Source: the human T2T-CHM13v2.0 reference genome, Homo sapiens. Taken from it: a stretch of 64,000 nt of DNA. The notes under the pieces were generated by a model, which was not told the origin of the DNA, ran no database searches, and saw only the letters and a program-made list of their open reading frames with translations. The stretch is from the NCBI RefSeq assembly GCF_009914755.1, contig NC_060927.1, one strand, 5' to 3'. Position numbers and translations under genes: made by a program. Positions 1-14,686 of the stretch are shown here, one piece after another (positions within the stretch are counted from its first letter, which is position 1; each line of letters opens with the position of its first letter).

Positions 1-604
1 AAACTAACTGATGTTTAGACTTGTTAGCTTTTTTGCTCTGATTTAGATAGTAAAACAGTCATACTTCTTACTCATAGTTCTAAACCATGCTTAATTTTTC
101 CATCACTAACACTTGCAAAAGGTTCCATGGTGGGTGAAATGGACACTTAGGAGGCCTAGATCTTCCACTTGTTAGATTTTTAAATTAATTGTACTTTAAT
201 TTCGTCACCTGTCACATGAAGAGATTAGATTCAGTAATTCCTTAGGACCCTAGGACCTTTCCAGCTCTGACATTCTGTGGCTCTGCCTTATTTAACTCCT
301 TCAGAGTCAAAATTACATTTTCATGAGATAATAATAATCTTTGTTAAAATTCATATAAGTTCCTTCTTTATGAAAAAAAAAAGAACCTTCCAAATGATAA
401 TTTTGAAGGTGGAAAAATCATACATTCTTTTTCTTCTAAAATTATGAGAATAATAAAATACTATGTAGGCCTTAAAAATTGGAAAAAACCCCAATCTTCC
501 TACCAGAAGTTACTGTTATGAATTTTATGGTTTATTTCTTTTTACTATCCAGTTAAAGTATTATTGAAAATGTAGGTAGCTGAAAAGGTTCCCCAAGTAA
601 ATAG

Positions 605-955
<351 letters not shown>

Positions 956-1130
956 TAATCTTTTCTTTGTTATATGATTCCTTTAGTAATTGAGCATAGA
1001 TTCTTTGTCTTTTCTAGTGTTTGGTATGATAATTTTGATCTTCAGGTAGGTGGTAGACATCATGTCTGTGTATCATTGTTAGTAGACAAGTACGTACTTT
1101 AATAAAAATGCATCTGTTTTTAATTAACAG

Positions 1131-4100
1131 AGAATTCTTGAATTGGAAAGTTCTTTGGAAAAAAGCTTACAAGAAAACAAAAATCAGTCAAAAGATTTGG
1201 CTGTTCATCTGGAAGCTGAAAAAAATAAGCACAATAAGGAGATTACAGTCATGGTTGAAAAACACAAGACAGAATTGGAAAGCCTTAAGCATCAGCAGGA
1301 TGCCCTTTGGACTGAAAAACTCCAAGTCTTAAAGCAACAATATCAGACTGAAATGGAAAAACTTAGGGAAAAGTGTGAACAAGAAAAAGAAACATTGTTG
1401 AAAGACAAAGAGATTATCTTCCAGGCCCACATAGAAGAAATGAATGAAAAGACTTTAGAAAAGCTTGATGTGAAGCAAACAGAACTAGAATCATTATCTT
1501 CTGAACTGTCAGAAGTATTAAAAGCCCGTCACAAACTAGAAGAGGAACTTTCTGTTCTGAAAGATCAAACAGATAAAATGAAGCAGGAATTAGAGGCCAA
1601 GATGGATGAACAGAAAAATCATCACCAGCAGCAAGTTGACAGTATCATTAAAGAACACGAGGTATCTATCCAGAGGACTGAGAAGGCATTAAAAGATCAA
1701 ATTAATCAACTTGAGCTTCTCTTGAAGGAAAGGGACAAGCATTTGAAAGAGCATCAGGCTCATGTAGAAAATTTAGAGGCAGATATTAAAAGGTCTGAAG
1801 GGGAACTCCAGCAGGCATCTGCTAAGCTGGACGTTTTTCAGTCTTACCAGAGTGCCACACATGAGCAGACAAAAGCATATGAGGAACAGTTGGCCCAATT
1901 GCAGCAGAAGTTGTTGGATTTGGAAACAGAAAGAATTCTTCTTACCAAACAGGTTGCTGAAGTTGAAGCACAAAAGAAAGATGTTTGTACTGAGTTAGAT
2001 GCTCACAAAATCCAGGTGCAGGACTTAATGCAGCAACTTGAAAAACAAAATAGTGAAATGGAGCAAAAAGTAAAATCTTTAACCCAAGTCTATGAGTCCA
2101 AACTTGAAGATGGTAACAAAGAACAGGAACAGACAAAGCAAATCTTGGTGGAAAAGGAAAATATGATTTTACAAATGAGAGAAGGACAGAAGAAAGAAAT
2201 TGAGATACTCACACAGAAATTGTCAGCCAAGGAGGACAGTATTCATATTTTGAATGAGGAATATGAAACCAAATTTAAAAACCAAGAAAAAAAGATGGAA
2301 AAAGTTAAGCAGAAAGCAAAGGAGATGCAAGAAACGTTAAAGAAAAAATTACTGGATCAGGAAGCCAAACTTAAGAAAGAGCTTGAAAATACTGCTCTAG
2401 AGCTTAGTCAGAAAGAAAAACAGTTTAATGCCAAAATGCTGGAAATGGCACAGGCTAACTCAGCTGGAATCAGTGATGCAGTGTCAAGACTGGAAACAAA
2501 CCAAAAAGAACAAATAGAAAGTCTTACTGAGGTTCATCGACGAGAACTCAATGATGTCATATCAATCTGGGAAAAGAAACTTAATCAGCAAGCTGAAGAA
2601 CTTCAGGAAATACATGAAATCCAATTACAGGAAAAAGAACAAGAGGTAGCAGAACTGAAACAAAAGATCCTCCTATTTGGGTGTGAAAAAGAAGAGATGA
2701 ACAAGGAAATAACATGGCTGAAGGAAGAAGGTGTTAAGCAGGATACAACATTAAATGAATTACAGGAACAGTTAAAGCAGAAGTCTGCCCATGTGAATTC
2801 TCTTGCACAAGATGAAACTAAACTGAAAGCTCATCTTGAAAAGCTAGAGGTTGACTTGAATAAGTCTCTGAAGGAAAATACTTTTCTTCAAGAGCAGCTA
2901 GTTGAACTGAAGATGCTGGCAGAAGAAGATAAGCGGAAGGTTTCTGAGTTGACTAGCAAGTTGAAAACCACAGATGAAGAATTCCAGAGTTTGAAATCTT
3001 CACATGAAAAAAGTAACAAAAGCCTAGAGGACAAGAGCTTGGAATTTAAAAAACTGTCTGAGGAACTAGCGATTCAGCTAGATATTTGCTGTAAGAAAAC
3101 CGAAGCCTTATTAGAAGCTAAAACAAATGAGCTAATCAACATTAGTAGTAGTAAAACTAATGCCATTCTTTCTAGGATTTCTCATTGTCAGCACCGTACA
3201 ACTAAAGTTAAGGAGGCACTGTTAATTAAAACTTGCACAGTTTCTGAATTAGAAGCACAACTTAGACAGTTGACAGAGGAGCAAAATACACTAAATATTT
3301 CTTTTCAACAGGCTACTCATCAGTTAGAAGAAAAAGAAAATCAAATTAAGAGCATGAAGGCTGATATTGAAAGTCTTGTAACAGAAAAAGAAGCCTTACA
3401 GAAGGAAGGAGGCAATCAGCAACAGGCTGCTTCTGAAAAGGAGTCTTGTATAACACAGTTGAAGAAAGAGTTATCTGAAAACATCAATGCTGTCACATTG
3501 ATGAAAGAAGAGCTTAAAGAAAAAAAAGTTGAGATTAGCAGTCTTAGTAAACAACTAACTGATTTGAATGTTCAGCTTCAAAATAGCATCAGCCTATCCG
3601 AAAAAGAAGCAGCCATTTCATCACTAAGAAAGCAGTATGATGAAGAAAAATGTGAATTGCTGGATCAGGTGCAAGATTTATCTTTTAAAGTTGACACTCT
3701 GAGTAAAGAGAAAATTTCTGCTCTTGAGCAGGTAGATGACTGGTCCAATAAATTCTCAGAATGGAAGAAGAAAGCACAGTCAAGATTTACACAGCATCAA
3801 AACACTGTTAAAGAATTGCAGATCCAGCTTGAGTTAAAATCAAAGGAAGCTTATGAAAAGGATGAGCAGATAAATTTATTGAAGGAAGAGCTTGATCAGC
3901 AAAATAAAAGATTTGATTGTTTAAAGGGTGAAATGGAAGACGACAAGAGCAAGATGGAGAAAAAGGAGTCTAATTTAGAAACAGAGTTAAAGTCTCAAAC
4001 AGCAAGAATTATGGAATTAGAGGACCATATTACCCAGAAAACTATTGAAATAGAGTCCTTAAATGAAGTTCTTAAAAATTACAATCAACAAAAGGATATT

Positions 4101-5368
4101 GAACACAAAGAATTGGTTCAGAAACTTCAACATTTTCAAGAGTTAGGAGAAGAAAAGGACAACAGGGTTAAAGAAGCTGAAGAAAAAATCTTAACACTTG
4201 AAAACCAAGTTTATTCCATGAAAGCTGAACTTGAAACTAAGAAGAAAGAATTAGAACATGTGAATTTAAGTGTGAAAAGCAAAGAGGAGGAGTTAAAGGC
4301 ATTGGAAGATAGGCTTGAGTCAGAAAGTGCTGCAAAATTAGCAGAGTTGAAGAGAAAAGCTGAACAAAAAATTGCTGCCATTAAGAAGCAGTTGTTATCT
4401 CAAATGGAAGAGAAAGAAGAACAGTATAAAAAAGGTACAGAAAGCCATTTGAGTGAGCTAAATACAAAATTGCAGGAAAGAGAAAGGGAAGTTCACATCT
4501 TGGAAGAAAAACTTAAGTCAGTGGAAAGTTCACAGTCAGAAACATTAATTGTACCCAGATCAGCAAAAAATGTGGCAGCATATACTGAACAAGAAGAAGC
4601 AGATTCCCAAGGCTGTGTGCAGAAGACATATGAAGAAAAAATCAGTGTTTTACAAAGAAACTTAACTGAAAAAGAAAAGCTATTGCAGAGGGTAGGGCAG
4701 GAAAAAGAAGAGACAGTTTCTTCTCATTTTGAAATGCGATGCCAATACCAGGAGCGCTTAATAAAGCTAGAACATGCTGAGGCAAAGCAACATGAAGATC
4801 AAAGTATGATAGGTCATCTTCAAGAGGAGCTTGAAGAAAAAAACAAGAAATATTCCTTGATAGTAGCCCAGCATGTGGAAAAAGAAGGAGGTAAAAATAA
4901 CATACAGGCAAAGCAAAACTTGGAAAATGTGTTTGACGACGTCCAGAAAACCCTCCAGGAGAAGGAACTAACCTGTCAGATTTTGGAGCAAAAGATAAAA
5001 GAGCTGGATTCCTGCTTAGTAAGACAGAAAGAAGTACATAGAGTTGAAATGGAAGAGTTGACCTCAAAATATGAAAAATTACAGGCTTTACAACAGATGG
5101 ATGGAAGAAATAAACCCACAGAACTTTTGGAAGAAAACACTGAAGAAAAGTCCAAATCACATTTGGTCCAACCCAAATTGCTTAGTAACATGGAAGCCCA
5201 GCACAATGATCTGGAGTTTAAATTAGCCGGGGCAGAACGGGAGAAACAGAAACTGGGCAAGGAGATTGTTAGATTGCAGAAAGACCTTCGAATGTTGAGA
5301 AAGGAGCATCAGCAAGAATTGGAAATACTAAAGAAAGAATATGATCAAGAAAGGGAAGAGAAAATCAA
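1131..5368 (+). CDS. GOLGA4: Golgin-245/p230 giant coiled-coil exon (4,238 nt, RILELESSLEK...REEKI)
   Basis: Acceptor taattaacag|AGA at 1130/1131; open frame contains the 1409-aa E/K/Q/L-rich ORF; donor AA|gtaagt at 5368/5369 (phase 2); downstream exons splice in frame to the recognisable golgin-245 GRIP C-terminus. Confidence 0.97.
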
Positions 5369-5774
5369 GTAAGTTTTATTTCAGCTTGAATATTTTTATG
5401 GCAGTCCTTCTTAATTAAGTCTCCTTTTTTTGTGCCTAATACAGTTATTTTAAATTATTTGGATAAGTTTCACCAACCCAAAATATTAAACATAAATCCA
5501 ATATGTTAAATATGAGGAGAAATAAAAACAATTTAGGGCAAGTGGCAGTGTTATTCCATGTCCATTTAGGAGAGAAAAACCTTTTCTTGCATATAAGATT
5601 CTGGTTATTAGGGACATATCCAAGTAATTATTTTCTTTTTGTTTTGTTGTTTTTAGTATTAGCATTATTATTATATAACATAGATGTGTTTTGAAAAAAA
5701 AATTAAAGTGGAAAACAAAAATTCTCTGGTCCCCAGGACCACTACTTAGAGGTAATCATAGTTGATATGTACCT

Positions 5775-5776
<2 letters not shown>

Positions 5777-5816
<40 letters not shown>

Positions 5817-5844
5817 TCTCACACTCTCTCTCTCTCTCTCTCTC
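5777..5844. repeat. Compound (CA)n/(CT)n microsatellite
   Basis: About 18 AC units followed by a CT-rich run, ending ~115 nt upstream of the next acceptor. Confidence 0.95.
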
Positions 5845-5958
5845 AAAAATGTTTTCATACAATGAACTCATACTGTATGCACTGTTTTAAAGACCAGGTA
5901 GCTCCTTGCAGCTTGTTCTTTGTGTGGCAGCAGTTAACGGTACATTTTTATTACTCAG

Positions 5959-6080
5959 ACAGGAGCAGGAAGATCTTGAACTGAAGCACAATTCCACATT
6001 AAAACAGCTGATGAGGGAGTTTAATACACAGCTGGCACAAAAGGAACAAGAGCTGGAAATGACCATAAAAGAAACTATCA
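5959..6080 (+). CDS. GOLGA4: GOLGA4 exon ((K)QEQEDLELKHNSTLKQLMREFNTQLAQKEQELEMTIKETI)
   Basis: ttactcag|A acceptor completes AA+A=Lys; donor A|gtaagt; 122 nt. Confidence 0.95.
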
Positions 6081-6505
6081 GTAAGTAAAATTAAGTTCCA
6101 TAAGGAACAATTATATCAGCAGAGGCTATAATTTAAGCTTATCATTTTTGCAGTGGTGGTAAGTGCATTAAGTCATTAAACTGGGGAAGAAATAATCCTT
6201 GCCCAATAACATTCTCTAATGGGAACCTGCCCTGCTTGGCAATGACTTACCTTAAGGAGAGAGGGAGCAGGTAAAACAATCTGAAAGTATTAGCTAATTA
6301 ATTACCTTGTAAAGACACTTTTGCTCAGGGAGAGGATACATTTGATCACTGTTGAGCTAGATGTCTCATTAAACATCTTAAAATGCTTATATAAAATTAA
6401 ATTTCATCAAAATTAATTGGAATGAGAGTTGTTACTGAAATTGAGATACAAATATTAACTCTTGACTAATGTGTTTTCTTGTGTGTGTTCATTTTTATTT
6501 ATTAG

Positions 6506-6636
6506 ATAAGGCCCAGGAGGTGGAGGCTGAACTTTTAGAAAGCCATCAAGAAGAGACAAATCAGTTACTTAAAAAAATTGCTGAGAAAGATGATGATCTA
6601 AAACGAACAGCCAAAAGATATGAAGAAATCCTTGAT
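6506..6636 (+). CDS. GOLGA4: GOLGA4 exon ((N)KAQEVEAELL...RYEEILD)
   Basis: tttattag|AT acceptor (phase 1); donor GAT|gtttgt (weak); 131 nt. Confidence 0.93.
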
Positions 6637-8256
6637 GTTTGTACCTTATTTCTTCTCTCTCACTTTTGAAATTTAGCTGTAATAGATTTCATGGTAGTGC
6701 CAAAGATTTCCTTTTCAAATGTGTTTTTTGAACGAAAAGGGTTTTTTTTTTTGACTCAATATTATTCAAATTAGTACTGTTATATGCAGATTTATAAAGT
6801 TGAGTTGATTTCTGCCAGGATTGTAGTTTCCTGATGAGATTCTGCTAACTAGGCAGCACAGTCCCCTTGCTAGTATTGAAGCAACAGTAGATACTAAAAG
6901 GAAGAATAGATTCTTTCCCATCTGCCTCACAGATTCTGACTGAACTGTGAGGGGAACCAGACTAAGAATCAAGACCCTGTGCTTCGGTGAAGTCTAAGTA
7001 ATGGGATAGTGAGTGTGTATTTAAATGTGGCTGCTTAACTTAGCTGGAATCTTTCTGGGAGGGACAATCAACTTTACTCTTATCTCTACCCAGTGTGTGG
7101 AGGTTGATTGGTCTCAAGAGAAGAAAGCTGGGAAAAAATGGAATGCATAAGCCAAATCTTTTATATTTAGTGGAAGGTTATTTCAAAATACTTACTCTAC
7201 TAATGCCATGTTGCAATTCACAGAATATGCCACTAATGCATTGCCATTAGCAAAATAAGATAAGCCATGAAGATACACCATGAAGATAAATCATAAATGC
7301 TAGTTAGTACTTTGGACTAACATTTGAAAATGTTTTCAAATGTAATACAATATAAATTGTTCTTGGTTGGGTTACAGATTCTGTAGTTGCTCTAAGCCTT
7401 ATTTCACTATATGCTAAGAATCTTTTGGTGATTAAGAATTCATAAATCAAAGAATCATACCTCAGCTGACTATGTCAGCAGAAGTCTGAGTCGGGAACAG
7501 ATTCTAATAATTATTTTAAATGTAATTGAAATGGCTAGAATTCCAAGATATAACACATGCCTATAAATGCCACCTTTTATAATTCTTGAGCTTTATATGT
7601 CATTATGAAAAGATTTAAATAATTTCACATTTTCTTATACTTCCATAGAGGATATATGTGCTAAATGAAAAAAAAAAAGTATTATTTCTTGAATGCCTAG
7701 AGAGTGTTGGAAGATACAGTAAAGCTAGTTTAGTTCTACTTTTTTTTTTTCTGTTTTTGTTTTTCAGAAGGAAAAGCCAGTTCAGTGTAGTTAAGTAATT
7801 TCCCTAAAACTACATAGTGGTAGAGCAGTGATTCTTCATTAGCTTTACACATTTTATAAAAAAAGACTTCTTCCTAAGAAAGGAACTTAGAGAAGGCAGT
7901 TATTTATCATGGATAATTAAGTCAGGGAGATTCATTTGCAGGGAGTAAATTGTGCCATAGCTCTAGAATTCCCTTTTGTGAACTATTTCTTTGTCTCGGG
8001 ATGTGTGGGGTAGCAGATGGTAGACTTTTCTAGACTCATGACAGACCTTTTAGGTAGAAGGGTGAGGGAACAGAGAGACAGGTTACCGTATACCCTTTGA
8101 CATGGTTCCTCCTTAAAAATCTGCTGTATTTTAGGGAAGTTAATGAAATTGTCCTTCAAGCTTCAGGCTTTGAGTAGTACAGCAAGTGGACAGGAAGTGG
8201 AGGGTGGGCAAGGGAGTGGCATGGACTCTTTTCCAAGTTCCTTCCTGTGCCTTGGA

Positions 8257-8887
<631 letters not shown>

Positions 8888-9903
8888 GACTTTCAACTGC
8901 TAGGACTAGGGCTGACTTTGTAATTAAATAGCCAGTCCCCATCCAGACATCCCCAGATATACTTTATCCCAAAGAAATTTTTTAAAAAATGCAAATACTA
9001 CTAAAAAGGGCTATTAGCAATTCTCAGCAAACACCATATTGCTTTGATTCAAATCCATATTCTCTATGATTCTCCCATTTAAAAATTTCTGGGATTGGAG
9101 TTTCATATGGGATTTGTATGTATTATGTAGTAGTGTTTTTTACCCTTTCTTAAAAGCTATTATCAGATTTATGATTTGTCTCAGTGATGACATTGTAGAA
9201 TGCTGCATTTTTGTCACCTATTAAAATAATTATGTGATTTGTTAATAGCAAGTTTGAGCACAGGGACACTTTCATTTTTCTACCTTGAATGACATTCTTA
9301 CCATTCCTCCATTTGAAGAAGCTGGAAACTTTTGACATCTTTAATTCCCACTTCCTGTGTCTCTAAACACCATACACATATATATTAATGTACCTATTTT
9401 GTCATTAAATCTGCTTCTCTCCCCAGCACAATTACCTGACATATAACGGGCTCACAGGATATGGTTTGAAACATCCTGAGAATCATGTTGCTTGTTCCTC
9501 TCCTCTGAACTCCACTGCTGCCACCACAGTCTGTGCTACCATTTTTTCATCTGGCCCGATCTGTTGTATTAATGTCCTACCTAGTCCCCTTACTGCAGTC
9601 CTTTTTCCCTAACATAGTCATCTGTCTGTCAGAGTTATTTTCTGTCTGGAAACAAAGGTGTGATTTATTACTTCTCCTCCTAAATATGTGCAGTGGTTTC
9701 CCATTGTCACAGTGATACCTCGTCTAGTTTGGTCTGTGTTCCAGCCAAACTCAACCATAGCTTGTTCTTCACTGTGTGTTTCCTTTGTACATGCTTTTCT
9801 GTGTGCCTAAAGTCACATTCTCAAGCTTCATAAGTTAATGCAAGCGTTACCATCTCTCTTTTGGCTAAAAAAAGATCGGGGCAGCGGGGGTGGTGTGGTG
9901 CAT

Positions 9904-10060
9904 GGCCACGCCCAGTGGCTTATGCCTGTCATCCCAACACTTTGGGAGGCTGAGGCAGGAGGATTGCTTGAGCTTGGGAGGTCAATGCTGCACTGAGCTA
10001 TGAACGTGCCTCTGCATTCCAGCCTGGGTGGCAGAGTGAGGCCCTGTCTCAAAAGAAAAA
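9904..10060 (+). mobile_element. Alu monomer (FRAM/AluJ-like)
   Basis: Single-arm Alu sequence ending in an A-rich tail. Confidence 0.8.
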
Positions 10061-12596
10061 CAACAAAAAAAATTAAATAAAATTTTTAAATTTAATTTTT
10101 ATTTAGAAAAATTTTGAATCAAATGTATTCACATGGCTTAAAGATTAAAATAATATTAAAAAGTATTCTTGGAGGCGGTATACATGTATAATGAAAATTG
10201 TACCCATTCCTCCTGTGTTCTGTGTCCTCTCCCTCTTCTCCCTCCACCGGCAACCATTAGTTTCTTATACTCCAGTGTTTCATTATGTAAACAAGCAAAA
10301 ATGAAATATATTCTTATTTTTTATTTTTTTCCCCTTTCCTACTCAAAAGGTAGCTTTTTGAATATACTTTTCTATGTCGTTTTTTCACTTGTTCTTTTTT
10401 TTGAAACCTCTTAAATGTAATTAATTGCATCTGTGTTCCTTGTTACTCATATATATTTGTTACTTATGTGATTTTTGTCATATACACATGCGTGTAGGAG
10501 TGTATTAATGAATCTGTCCTCTCCCTTAGACTATAAGCATCACTCTGGAGATTTTGTTCTTCTCTAGTCGTGAGAATCTGGCCCAGTGCCTGGCACATAC
10601 GAGCACTTGATAAATTTGAAGGAGGCAACACATGGTAGGCAGGGAAGAATTCATTTGGGAGAAGGGCATGGTGACTTGCAAGTTGGAGACTCACAAGTAG
10701 GGGTGCTTACCAAATAGCCTAATCCCAATCTCAGAGCAGTCTCACTTGCAGAGTAGCTCGTAAGGCTATATTAGATACAAAATTGGTTTCTTTTTAACAT
10801 TGACTGTATTTTAGTGATTTTGTTTTGGCATAATAACTAGTCTTCAAAACATAACCTGTTATGTATATACATAAAGATTCAACTTAGTTTTTCTTAGTGT
10901 TTTTACTTCAAAGCAACAATATACTTTTTTTTTAAATCTTAAAATAAGACTAGAAGGCTTTTATAAAGGAAATTACATAACTGTTCCTTAAATTAGAAAT
11001 GACACATCAAAGATTCTTTTCTAATTATTGGGGGGGCTTGCTTTAGATTAGTATCCCACAGATGTCAAAGGAAATGTCAGACATAGCTAATTGTCATATT
11101 AGAAACTGAGCCTGACTAAATAAGTAGCTATAGAGGTTATTCTTTCAAACAAGGCTAAACCACATTGACACAGCCATACAAGAAATGTCAACAAACCAAG
11201 ACAGAGAACAGTGATGCATTTACAACAATTTTCGGTTGATGGTGTTTTAGAGGTGGAGGCCAAATTCACGTGTGCCTCGGTGGGAAGATATCTAAGATAT
11301 CTAAGGATATCTAGTAGAGATCTCTGCTGTACTTATGTTGAGAAAAGGGATTTGTTTTTGCAATTAAGTCTAAGAAAATTTCATGACAAGTGGTATTTAA
11401 AATTAGATTTTCTAAATGTCGTATGATTCATTGCCTTATTTTGTGCCATAGGGCCTAACTATGTTTGCATTTGTTTTTGAGAATGGTGTTTCTGTTTTTG
11501 GTAAGTCAATGTCTATTAAATCAGATACCTGTTTGTGGTTATTTTTCCTGTTAAGTCTCTTGCTCAGCAAACACTTGCCCTCATTACTCAAATCAGATCA
11601 ATATTCCAATTCCAAATATTATTTTAGCACAAAGGTTATTGCAGGGTTTATAAGAATAAAGAGAAGTCTGGGTTGCCCTGTACAATAAATCATGGCAATG
11701 ACCAAGACAAATGAGGGAATGTAAGGATGGAAAACAGCCTTTTACCAGGGCAGTCAAGACAAGAGAGGACAATTTGTATGCCAAATTTTATAAGTAGGAA
11801 TATTGGATCAGTAAGTCACATATTGCTCTTTCTAATTCAGCCTCGTCTGTTTTTTGCAGTTTGAGACAAAGGAAGTCATTACATTGATTACCAGCACGTT
11901 GGACAGTAACTCATTTTTTTTTTCAAAAATAGATTTTAGTAGAACATTTTACCTCAGAGAACAACTGGTGGGGGTAAATACATAGGAGATGTGCAGCCTT
12001 GTCAAATTAGGACAAAGGACCATCTGTTGATTTACACAGCCTAACTAAAGAGGGTGAGAAAAACTGAAAACCCCGTAACTTCTGTGATCAGTAAATTGCC
12101 ATCTGGTTGGGTAGTGCTCTGTATAAAAATACCTACTACTTTATTTTAATGACTATTTTCTAGAAATCAAATTCCAATATAGAAAATGCTGAAGTCTTAA
12201 AACACAGGATACGTATTGTAGTTCTATCACAATTCTGTTATATATCTAATTGTTGCTTAAACCTGGGAACCCTAGTTTAAGGGGAAATAAACAGCTTGAT
12301 GAGCTTTTTGGGATGAGGAGAGAGGGAGTGAGGGTGAGAAAAATGATATCCTAGGAATAATGAGCATTGGAAAGGGCTTGGAGTTTAAAGTGAGGCATGA
12401 AGGAAAGTGTTTAGAGCACAATAATGAATTAAAATAAAAACAGTAGTGTGTGTCTCAAAAACTTAAATGTTTATTTCCCTACAGAGGTAGTTTTCTCTAT
12501 ACCATGTTGCCTCTCCAGAGTGCTTTTTTGATGTGTTTGTTTACTAATGCTTCTTTTTTTTCTTTTCCTTTTTTTCTTTTTTTTTAAATCCTAAAG

Positions 12597-12710
12597 GCTC
12601 GTGAAGAAGAAATGACTGCAAAAGTAAGGGACCTGCAGACTCAACTTGAGGAGCTGCAGAAGAAATACCAGCAAAAGCTAGAGCAGGAGGAGAACCCTGG
12701 CAATGATAAT
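12597..12710 (+). CDS. GOLGA4: GOLGA4 exon (AREEEMTAKVRDLQ...NPGNDN)
   Basis: Branch-like ttactaat at 12541, long poly-Y tract, aag|GCT acceptor, donor AAT|gtgaga; 114 nt, symmetric. Confidence 0.94.
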
Positions 12711-12789
12711 GTGAGAGGAGTTTGAGTTTGCTGCACATGTTTCTTGAAAACATTGTCATTTCTGTGATTTGACTAGCCTACTAACATAC

Positions 12790-12985
12790 ATACATATTTA
12801 TCTCATTTAATCCTAATGAAAACCCTTTGAGATTTTTACCTCCGTTTTATAGACAGATAAACTAAATGTTCAAAGAGATTAAATAAAATGTTCAAGCTCA
12901 CACAATAAGTGTTGTGGTGAGGATTTAAGCCAAATCTACTAGACCTCAAAGCCTAGGCATTTTGTTATTACCAGTGCTTCTCCAT
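12790..12985 (-). mobile_element. MIR (ancient SINE)
   Basis: 'tctcatttaatcct...cctccgttttatagacagataaactaaa...agagattaaata' matches the MIR core reverse complement. Confidence 0.65.
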
Positions 12986-14022
12986 CTTTTCCATGGAAAC
13001 AATAGCAGAGGAAAGTGAATCTTATAACCCTGGAGCATAGCTAAAAATGGTCCATTGTAAATGTGATACTTTTAGATTTTTGGATTTTTGTGCTAAAAAT
13101 TCACGTTAATTTTATATCCTACTCTATAATACATCCTTAGTTGTAGTCACATAAAAGTGGTGTTTTTAGTTGTATATCATTAAGAAAAACAATTTCTATC
13201 TTTGTTTTGGCCAGTGGACCAGATGCAAATACAATGCAATGATTTGGGAAAATTGGACTGAATTCAAAGAGAACTGGCCTGAAGATCTAAGCTTTTTTTT
13301 TTTTTTTTCTTTTTAAGTCCTAATCCTTAAGTAAAATTGACACTATGAAAGGTAGACCATGTTTACTCCATGGCTTCTTGTCCTGCTGTGCACCTCAGCA
13401 GCACACACCCACAGTTGGGGAAGGCTGGCACTGTACGTTTCTACTGCCTAAAATGTTCTCACTCATCCAGGATGGTCTTTTCATAGCCCAGTCATGGGGG
13501 TAATGGGAAAGTGGGTGGTCACTATGACTTTATCCTGGAGAGGATTCGTTACAGAATGTCAGTTACCAGGTAACAATTTTTTACACCACCAGTTACATGG
13601 ATGACTTACCCGCAGTGCAGAGAAAGAGCCTCTATAAAGAGCTTTGCTACTCTGTGTCACTTGGTAGGCATATGTCAGGTGTAAGCACTGAGCAAGCTGA
13701 GAGGACCATTTTCTGTTTCTTTAATAGCTAAGTTAGTTCTGTTTAAATTTTCTTTACTTTCTTTTTTTCTTTTTTTGCCATTTAGTCATGTAGTCATGAC
13801 TTGAGTATTCCAGGTGCTATTATATATTACTTCTTTTGAGAAAATACATGTATTTAACTGTCTAACATGAGCGTTTCCTTAGTATCAAAGTATTAATATT
13901 GCATATAGTAACATTTTAACTTGTGTCAGGATGCCATAGAATATTGAAACATTATGAAATAAGAAGGACTTCTGAGTCCTTTACCTTGTGTCCTAAGAAA
14001 GGTAAGAAAATAGCCTTAATTT

Positions 14023-14374
14023 GGCCGGGAGAGGTAGCTCATGCCTGTAATCCCAGCACTTTGGGAGGCCGAGGTGGGCAGATCACCTGAGGTCGGGAGT
14101 TCGAGACCAGCCTGACCAACATGGAGAAACCCCATCTCTGCTAAAAATACAAAAAAAAAAAAAAATTAGCTGGGCATGGTGGCGCATGCCTGTGGTCCCA
14201 GCTACTTGGGAGGCTGAGGCAGGAGAATCGCTTGAACCCGGGAAGGAGGTTGCAGTGAGCCGAGATCGTGCCATTGCACTCCACCCTGGGCAACAAGAAG
14301 AGCAAAAGAAAGAGAGAAAGAGAGAGAGAGAGAAAGAGAAAGAGAAAGAAAGAGAGAAAGAGAGAGAAAGAAAA
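14023..14374 (+). mobile_element. AluSp/Sq-like with expanded (GA/GAAA)n tail
   Basis: Alu dimer 14023-~14305 followed by a purine-only microsatellite tail. Confidence 0.92.
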
Positions 14375-14686
14375 CTTAATTTTTATTTCTACTCAACATT
14401 TTTTTTTCTCCTTTATTCTTCATAAATTTGTATCCTTCTGGAGCATCTTCTGGTGCTTCTGTATATCTTAAATTGCAATATGTATTTAGAGTATAATATT
14501 TTGTAAAACAAAACAGAACATTTGTTTAGAAGCACATATTTAAAGTTGCCTTACCTCAAGTCTGACCACTCCCTTGAGACTCTTAACCCTGACTTCCTTT
14601 TTCCTTATATCTTTATATTGCTTTGTTTTACTGTTTCTTATAGCTATTATTGTATACACTCATGTTTTTTCTTTCCATTTTTTCAG

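Noticed and set aside
4642-5260. Antisense ORFs of 172 and 94 aa
   Set aside because: Shadows of the biased codon usage of the sense exon; low-complexity F/L/S content with no independent support.
1143-5372. 1409-aa ORF as a standalone single-exon gene
   Set aside because: The 'start' is an internal TTG and the stop lies inside the splice donor; it is an internal GOLGA4 exon (1131-5368).
5955-5963. Tandem acceptor cag/acag
   Set aside because: The second AG is 4 nt downstream and frameshifting; the proximal AG gives the correct frame and nothing suggests use of the other.
11286-11325. agatatcta x3 quasi-palindromic repeat (also gcataa x3 at ~26402)
   Set aside because: Short slippage repeats with no spacers or context; not CRISPR-like and no functional evidence.
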